In this document: in pieces, positions 59,422 to 64,000 of the stretch
Layout: each line of letters starts with the position of its first letter
How positions within the stretch are numbered: position 1 is the first letter of the stretch
DNA from: an uncultured Bdellovibrionales bacterium
GTDB taxonomy: Bacteria > Bdellovibrionota > Bdellovibrionia > Bdellovibrionales > UBA1609
Length of the DNA: 64,000 nucleotides
NCBI GenBank assembly: GCA_938002015.1
Contig: CALLAU010000056.1
Location: 14,995 to 78,994, forward strand
Reading direction: 5' to 3'
Position numbers and translations under genes: made by a program
The notes under the pieces: model-generated
The model's database searches: none
What the model saw: only the letters and a program-made list of their open reading frames with translations
Told to the model about the DNA's origin: nothing

Positions 59422-59425
59422 ATTA

Positions 59426-60562
59426 TTACTTATCTATTTCTTCAAACGCCCACATCAAAGCCATATCTTCTTTATAGTTTTTAACTGGTCTTGTTGTTTT
59501 AATATATTTTGGAAAGATCTTATTTGGCTTAACACCTTTTTTATCAATCATTTTATCAGAAGCAGTAAAGTACCTTGCAATAGTCATCTTTACTCCACCT
59601 CTTTTATTAGGGAGTGGAATTACTGATTGCACAGAGCCTTTACCATATGTTTTTTGACCTAAAATCTGAGCTCTTCCAAGATCTTTTAAAGCACTTGCTA
59701 CAATTTCACTCGCACTCGCAGAGGAGTTATCAACCAAAATATAAAGCTTCTTTTCAGGAAAAAGCGTGTTTTGCTTCTGTGCTAAAACTTCCTCTGGACT
59801 GGTGTTTCTCGAAACTGTTTTCACAATTAAACCTTTTTCAACAAACATATCCACAACAGAAATCGCTTGCTGCAACAGACCGCCTGGGTTGTGCCTTAAA
59901 TCCAGCAAAAGGTTATTAAAATTTTCACCGCTTAAAGCAGTCATAAGTTCTTTTTCAGTTGAATCAAGAAAACCTGAAATACGGATTATTAAGGTCTTAT
60001 TTTCGTTAGCAATTTTTCTAACTGATCTTATTTTCAGTTTTTGCCTCTTTAATTTAAAAGTTAAAAGCTTTTCTTCACCATCTCTTTTAATCGTAAGGCT
60101 CACCTTCTTACCAATTCTTCCCTTTAAATGCTTAGTAGCGTCTGTAAAATCAAGCCCTTTAATCAAATCACCATTTATTGAAATAATTTTATCCTGAGCC
60201 TCAATTCCAGCAATCCATGCCGGGGAGTCTTCAACAACACCATAGATAACAAGGATCCCTCTAACGAGTTTTAATTCTATACCAAGCCCACTAAATTCCC
60301 CAGAGGTCTCGTCTTTAAATCTTTTATACGACTTTCTTGAAAGGTAGCCGGAATATGGATCTAGTGAACCCAAGAGACCCCTTATAGAACCAATAATCAA
60401 TTTATCCACATCTAACTTGTCTACATAATGATCTTCAACAAGGTTAAAAACTTGTGAGTATATTTTTAGCTTCTCATATCTATCTTTTGAGTAAACAATC
60501 GTCGCTGAAGAAAATATAAAGCCAAAAAAAATGCCTAAAAAGAGTGTAAAAAAAGTTTTCAT
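59426..60562 (-). CDS. ctpA: S41 carboxy-terminal processing protease
   Basis: LDPYS, PDZ, DLRHNPGG, SASASEI, TYGKGSVQ. Confidence 0.9.
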   Translation of the reverse strand: MKTFFTLFLGIFFGFIFSSATIVYSKDRYEKLKIYSQVFNLVEDHYVDKLDVDKLIIGSIRGLLGSLDPYSGYLSRKSYKRFKDETSGEFSGLGIELKLVRGILVIYGVVEDSPAWIAGIEAQDKIISINGDLIKGLDFTDATKHLKGRIGKKVSLTIKRDGEEKLLTFKLKRQKLKIRSVRKIANENKTLIIRISGFLDSTEKELMTALSGENFNNLLLDLRHNPGGLLQQAISVVDMFVEKGLIVKTVSRNTSPEEVLAQKQNTLFPEKKLYILVDNSSASASEIVASALKDLGRAQILGQKTYGKGSVQSVIPLPNKRGGVKMTIARYFTASDKMIDKKGVKPNKIFPKYIKTTRPVKNYKEDMALMWAFEEIDK

Positions 60563-61254
60563 TAAATATCTCCACTCTCAAGAATAACTCCATTTAAGAA
60601 AAAAGACATTCTTACGATTGTGTTAATCTCTGATTTATTTTCAGAACCAGACTTAAGTGGAATGCTGACAAGATTAACTATCAACCCCTTTCCAATAGAT
60701 TTGCTAACTTCACCATCATTTAATAATTTATCAAACAATTCATCAGTAATTATCAAATTTTCTGTTTTAAAACAGTCATAGCTCTTATCCCTTTTGAATC
60801 CACATTTAATCTTAATTAAATTATTTTTTTCTATAAAATCTTTCTTAAATATTTTTACTCTATCTAAAGATTTAAAATAAAAAAGTGGCGTGATCTTCAT
60901 TTCATCTAAAACAGACTCGCTGAGCTTAATTTTTTCTCTTGCTCTTCTAAGATTTTCCCTTTTAAGTTTTGATAAACTTTCAACAGCGCTCTCATTAAAC
61001 TTATATTTTTTATATTTAGATTTAAAAAGATGAGTAACATAACTACTCTTATAATCTTCTTTTTCTGTTAGGTAAGCTTCTAAAGATTTTTGCAAAAGCC
61101 CCTCTAGATTTTTCTTATTTTTTTTATTTTGATTTTTTAAGTATGATATTTCTTGAGACACATTGTTATCTTTTGTAACAAATTCTGTATTTTTCCCTTT
61201 CTTAAAAGAATATGCCGAGAAAATAAAAATTAATACAAAACTAAGAATTTTCAT
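60562..61254 (-). CDS. Hypothetical exported coiled-coil protein in the EnvC position
   Basis: Signal-like N-terminus, charged helical region, located between ftsX and ctpA. Confidence 0.5.
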   Translation of the reverse strand: MKILSFVLIFIFSAYSFKKGKNTEFVTKDNNVSQEISYLKNQNKKNKKNLEGLLQKSLEAYLTEKEDYKSSYVTHLFKSKYKKYKFNESAVESLSKLKRENLRRAREKIKLSESVLDEMKITPLFYFKSLDRVKIFKKDFIEKNNLIKIKCGFKRDKSYDCFKTENLIITDELFDKLLNDGEVSKSIGKGLIVNLVSIPLKSGSENKSEINTIVRMSFFLNGVILESGDI

Positions 61255-62125
61255 CTTGAATAATTCTACTAATAAAAAATGGGAAAGTTAAATAACAAAC
61301 ACAAAATAAAGATATATAAGATAAAAACAGAATATAATTTATCCCATTTACTGAGTTTATATTAAATATACCCCTCATTTGTGATGAAAGTATAAGACCA
61401 CATAAACCACTTATAATAAAGGAAATAAGCGAGTAGATAAAAAGTGGAACTAGAGCAAATTGATCACTAGCCCCAAGGTAATTTAATATCCTCAAGTTCT
61501 CTTTTTTGTTAAGACCTAAAAAGCAAAGGAGTATAAAAATAAAAAATACTAATGAAAAAAGACTTGAGAATATATAAAATAGAGCGTGCGATTTAGTTTT
61601 CTCCCACAATCCAATACTAGTCTTAAAACCCTGATCATCGTAAACAAAAGTTTTAACAAAATTTGAAGATTTACTTAAGTCTCTAATTGTACTACTCACG
61701 CTCAAGACACTTACAGCATTCTCATAACTAATTCTAACAATAGACGGTATTTTAAATCCCAAAGCCGAAAGTTCTGTTTTTGAAACCCCTAGCTCTTTCC
61801 AAAAACCTTTTCCAATTTCATCCTCACCAATAAGCCTAATATTGCTTGTTTGAAACTTTTCTTTAAACGTTTTTTTTATAAAAGAAATATCCGTATCAAC
61901 AACATCGTCACTTAAAATAGCGTATATAGGGTTGTTAGCGTAAAAACTTTTTTGTGAGTTAAAAACACTATAACTATAACTTAAACTTAAAAAATAAATC
62001 GTAGATAATACTGTTAGAACTAAAATAGAAAGTATAAGATTTAACCTATTCCTGATTATTTCTGTTAAACTCTCTTCTAACAAAATTCTATACTTATAAT
62101 TCATTTTCTTTAACTGCACCTTCAT
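61241..62125 (-). CDS. ftsX: Divergent FtsX-like permease
   Basis: Four TM segments; ENLRILNYLGAS...PLF motif; follows ftsE. Confidence 0.72.
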   Translation of the reverse strand: MKVQLKKMNYKYRILLEESLTEIIRNRLNLILSILVLTVLSTIYFLSLSYSYSVFNSQKSFYANNPIYAILSDDVVDTDISFIKKTFKEKFQTSNIRLIGEDEIGKGFWKELGVSKTELSALGFKIPSIVRISYENAVSVLSVSSTIRDLSKSSNFVKTFVYDDQGFKTSIGLWEKTKSHALFYIFSSLFSLVFFIFILLCFLGLNKKENLRILNYLGASDQFALVPLFIYSLISFIISGLCGLILSSQMRGIFNINSVNGINYILFLSYISLFCVCYLTFPFFISRIIQDENS

Positions 62126-62756
62126 TAATCTTAATCACTCTTTGAGCATACGTTTGCACAAGTTCATCATTGTGTGAGGCAACAAAAACTGCTGCACCTT
62201 TTTCACGACATGATGCTATGGCGTCCATAATTTGTATGCTCATTTTCTTATCAATGTTTCCAGTTGGCTCATCAGCAATAATTAGCTTAGGCTTTGAAAT
62301 AAGCGCTCTTGCAATTGCCACTCTTTGTTTTTGACCACCTGAGAGCTCTGTACTTAAGGAATTTAACTTAGCCTCCATACCAAGTTTCTCTGATATTTTT
62401 TTAACTGAATACTCAATTTCTTTTTTGCCATAATTATTTAAGATAAGCGGCAGTGCTATATTTTCATAGACTGTTCGATGCGAAATCAATTTATAATCTT
62501 GAAAAATAACTCCTATTTTCCTTCTGTATTGAAGTATTTCTGATCTTTTTAAAGTAGCAATATTTTTGTCAAATACATTAATCTGCCCAGAGGTCGGTCG
62601 AATAAAACCTGCTAAAGTATTAAAAACCGTTGTTTTCCCTGCTCCGCTTGGGCCGCTTAAGAAAACTATTTCGCTTTCTTTTAAGTCAAAGCTTACATCT
62701 TTAAGAGCACGCGTTTGTTTGTTATAGACTTTATAAACATGACGAAACTCGACCAT
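62094..62756 (-). CDS. ftsE: Cell division ATP-binding protein FtsE
   Basis: GPSGAGKT, IGVIFQDYKL, LSGGQKQRV, ADEPTGN. Confidence 0.9.
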   Translation of the reverse strand: MVEFRHVYKVYNKQTRALKDVSFDLKESEIVFLSGPSGAGKTTVFNTLAGFIRPTSGQINVFDKNIATLKRSEILQYRRKIGVIFQDYKLISHRTVYENIALPLILNNYGKKEIEYSVKKISEKLGMEAKLNSLSTELSGGQKQRVAIARALISKPKLIIADEPTGNIDKKMSIQIMDAIASCREKGAAVFVASHNDELVQTYAQRVIKINEGAVKENEL

Positions 62757-62764
62757 AGTCTTTG

Positions 62765-63004
62765 TTATATCAACAAGGTTTTAACTTTGTTGATAACTCC
62801 CTCGTGAAATAACTCAATCTCTTGTTTAATTAAATCCATGGAATTGGTTTTTATTGGAAACTTCTCTCTTAAAATTACTCTTCCTTGAAGAAAAACTTGG
62901 CTCACAATTACATTCTCTTCAGGCGCCCAACTCTCAGTTTGGATGTGGTAGCGCATGCCTTTATTTTCAAACTCTGAATTTTTTCCTAAAACCATATGTC
63001 TCAT
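62765..63004 (-). CDS. Small conserved-looking hypothetical protein
   Basis: YHIQTESW..E...IVSQVF..G pattern; upstream of ftsE. Confidence 0.55.
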   Translation of the reverse strand: MRHMVLGKNSEFENKGMRYHIQTESWAPEENVIVSQVFLQGRVILREKFPIKTNSMDLIKQEIELFHEGVINKVKTLLI

Positions 63005-63079
63005 TCTAATACAATATATAAACTTATTAAAAGCTTAAAAGCTCAATAAAAACATATAATTTCCCGAAATGTATATGTA

Positions 63080-64000
63080 ATGATTCTTAAAAAACAATTT
63101 TTTATTTCTATACTGTTTTTGCTCACCTTAGGCTGTGGCAGCTCTAGTGATAATAAAATTTCTGGCAATATAGCGGGTAGGATAAGCCTTGGTTATAATG
63201 GACCTGAACTCCCAACAGTTTGTGATCCTGCTAGTAATCAAGTTTTTTCTGGAACTTTAGTAACAGCTACTGCTAATTATGAGTATCGAACGATTTCAGT
63301 AAACCCTGGAGAAGAAGGATTAAGAGAGATCGCAGATACCCCAAAGCCTATTAGAGGAGCAGAGTATATTGTTCAAAATTCAAATAAGCAGACTATAATC
63401 TGCGGTTTTACTGATAGCTCGGGTGGTATTTCATTTAACTTACCTCTTGATAATAAACTCTATAAACTAATTGTAAGATCTCGTGATGAAAATTTCGCTA
63501 ATGTCATGAAAGCCCCTGAAACAAATGCTCTCTATAGTATAAGCATAAGCTTTACTGCTAATGGAGATAAAACAATCACTTTAACAGCTGAAGGCGACAA
63601 TGAAGAGATCACAGGAGCAGCGTTTAATATTTTAGATCAAATTTATGAATCTATCCAAAAAATATCTAGCTTAACAAGTTCTCTTTCATGCAATGGCTCA
63701 AACTGTATTGATATCGATGATATCGATAAAGCTGATATATACTGGGAAGCCGGTTTTAATCCTGGCTCTTATTTAGAGGGAAGCCCTGAGCTTTCCTTTT
63801 TTACCAGAACCTATAACAGAGTTTTTATACTTGGCGGTTTAAATGGTGATGTCGCCTTCTCTGATACAGATCATTATGATAACTCCATTATTATTCATGA
63901 ATATTTTCATTTTATTGAAGCAAATGTCTCCTCCACGAATTCACCAGGAGGCTCACACAATGGAAACCAAATTTTAGATCCTAGGCTTGCATGGTCAGAA
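63080..64000 (+). CDS. Lipoprotein zinc metalloprotease, runs off the window (not in the ORF track)
   Basis: ATG 63080 MILKKQFFISILFLLTLGC lipobox; frame open to the window end; DTDHYD..IIIHEYFHF.E and SPGGSH...DPRLAWSE. Confidence 0.8.
   Translation, partial: MILKKQFFISILFLLTLGCGSSSDNKISGNIAGRISLGYNGPELPTVCDPASNQVFSGTLVTATANYEYRTISVNPGEEGLREIADTPKPIRGAEYIVQNSNKQTIICGFTDSSGGISFNLPLDNKLYKLIVRSRDENFANVMKAPETNALYSISISFTANGDKTITLTAEGDNEEITGAAFNILDQIYESIQKISSLTSSLSCNGSNCIDIDDIDKADIYWEAGFNPGSYLEGSPELSFFTRTYNRVFILGGLNGDVAFSDTDHYDNSIIIHEYFHFIEANVSSTNSPGGSHNGNQILDPRLAWSE

Noticed and set aside
367-60197. Many short overlapping or antisense ORFs in the track (e.g. 367..561, 856..1092, 12485..12820, 20783..21115, 33491..33880, 47424..47885, 56518..57219, 59766..60197)
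   Set aside because: They lie within well-supported genes in another frame or strand and show no motifs; treated as shadow ORFs.

Overview
An AT-rich chromosomal window that is mostly housekeeping genes. Gene content and the many signal-peptide orphans suggest a Bdellovibrionota-like predatory bacterium (inference). Recognisable blocks are cdsA-rseP-tsaB-MinD-like-J/HTH-rluD-pgeF; an arginine succinyltransferase (AST)-type cluster running into mltG; bamD-TPR-hpt; rplU-rpmA-obgE-nadD/rsfS-rlmH-comF-lolA; rng; pilT; deoC-deoA-punA; asnS; a biotin-dependent carboxylase; pfkA; tRNA-Val; clpP-clpX-lon; pepA; an ArsA/Get3 pair with an EI24 protein and gshA; tig; and ftsE-ftsX-ctpA. I saw no CRISPR array, integrase or transposase. 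The best candidate for an undescribed system is a pair of paralogous secreted proteins (26094..29855 and 50971..53421). Both join a CCA/poly(A)-polymerase-like nucleotidyltransferase to a PARP/diphtheria-toxin-like ADP-ribosyltransferase motif set, have different C-terminal regions, end in the same CxxIL motif, and sit behind sigma54-type promoters. Other oddities are an M20 hydrolase with remodelled metal ligands in an astB-less AST cluster, an rluD with no in-frame start next to an A9G slippery run, a NadD-RsfS fusion, a histone-H1-like tail on L21, and a hairpin covering the lon ribosome-binding site. All family calls come from motif reading by eye; no database search was run.
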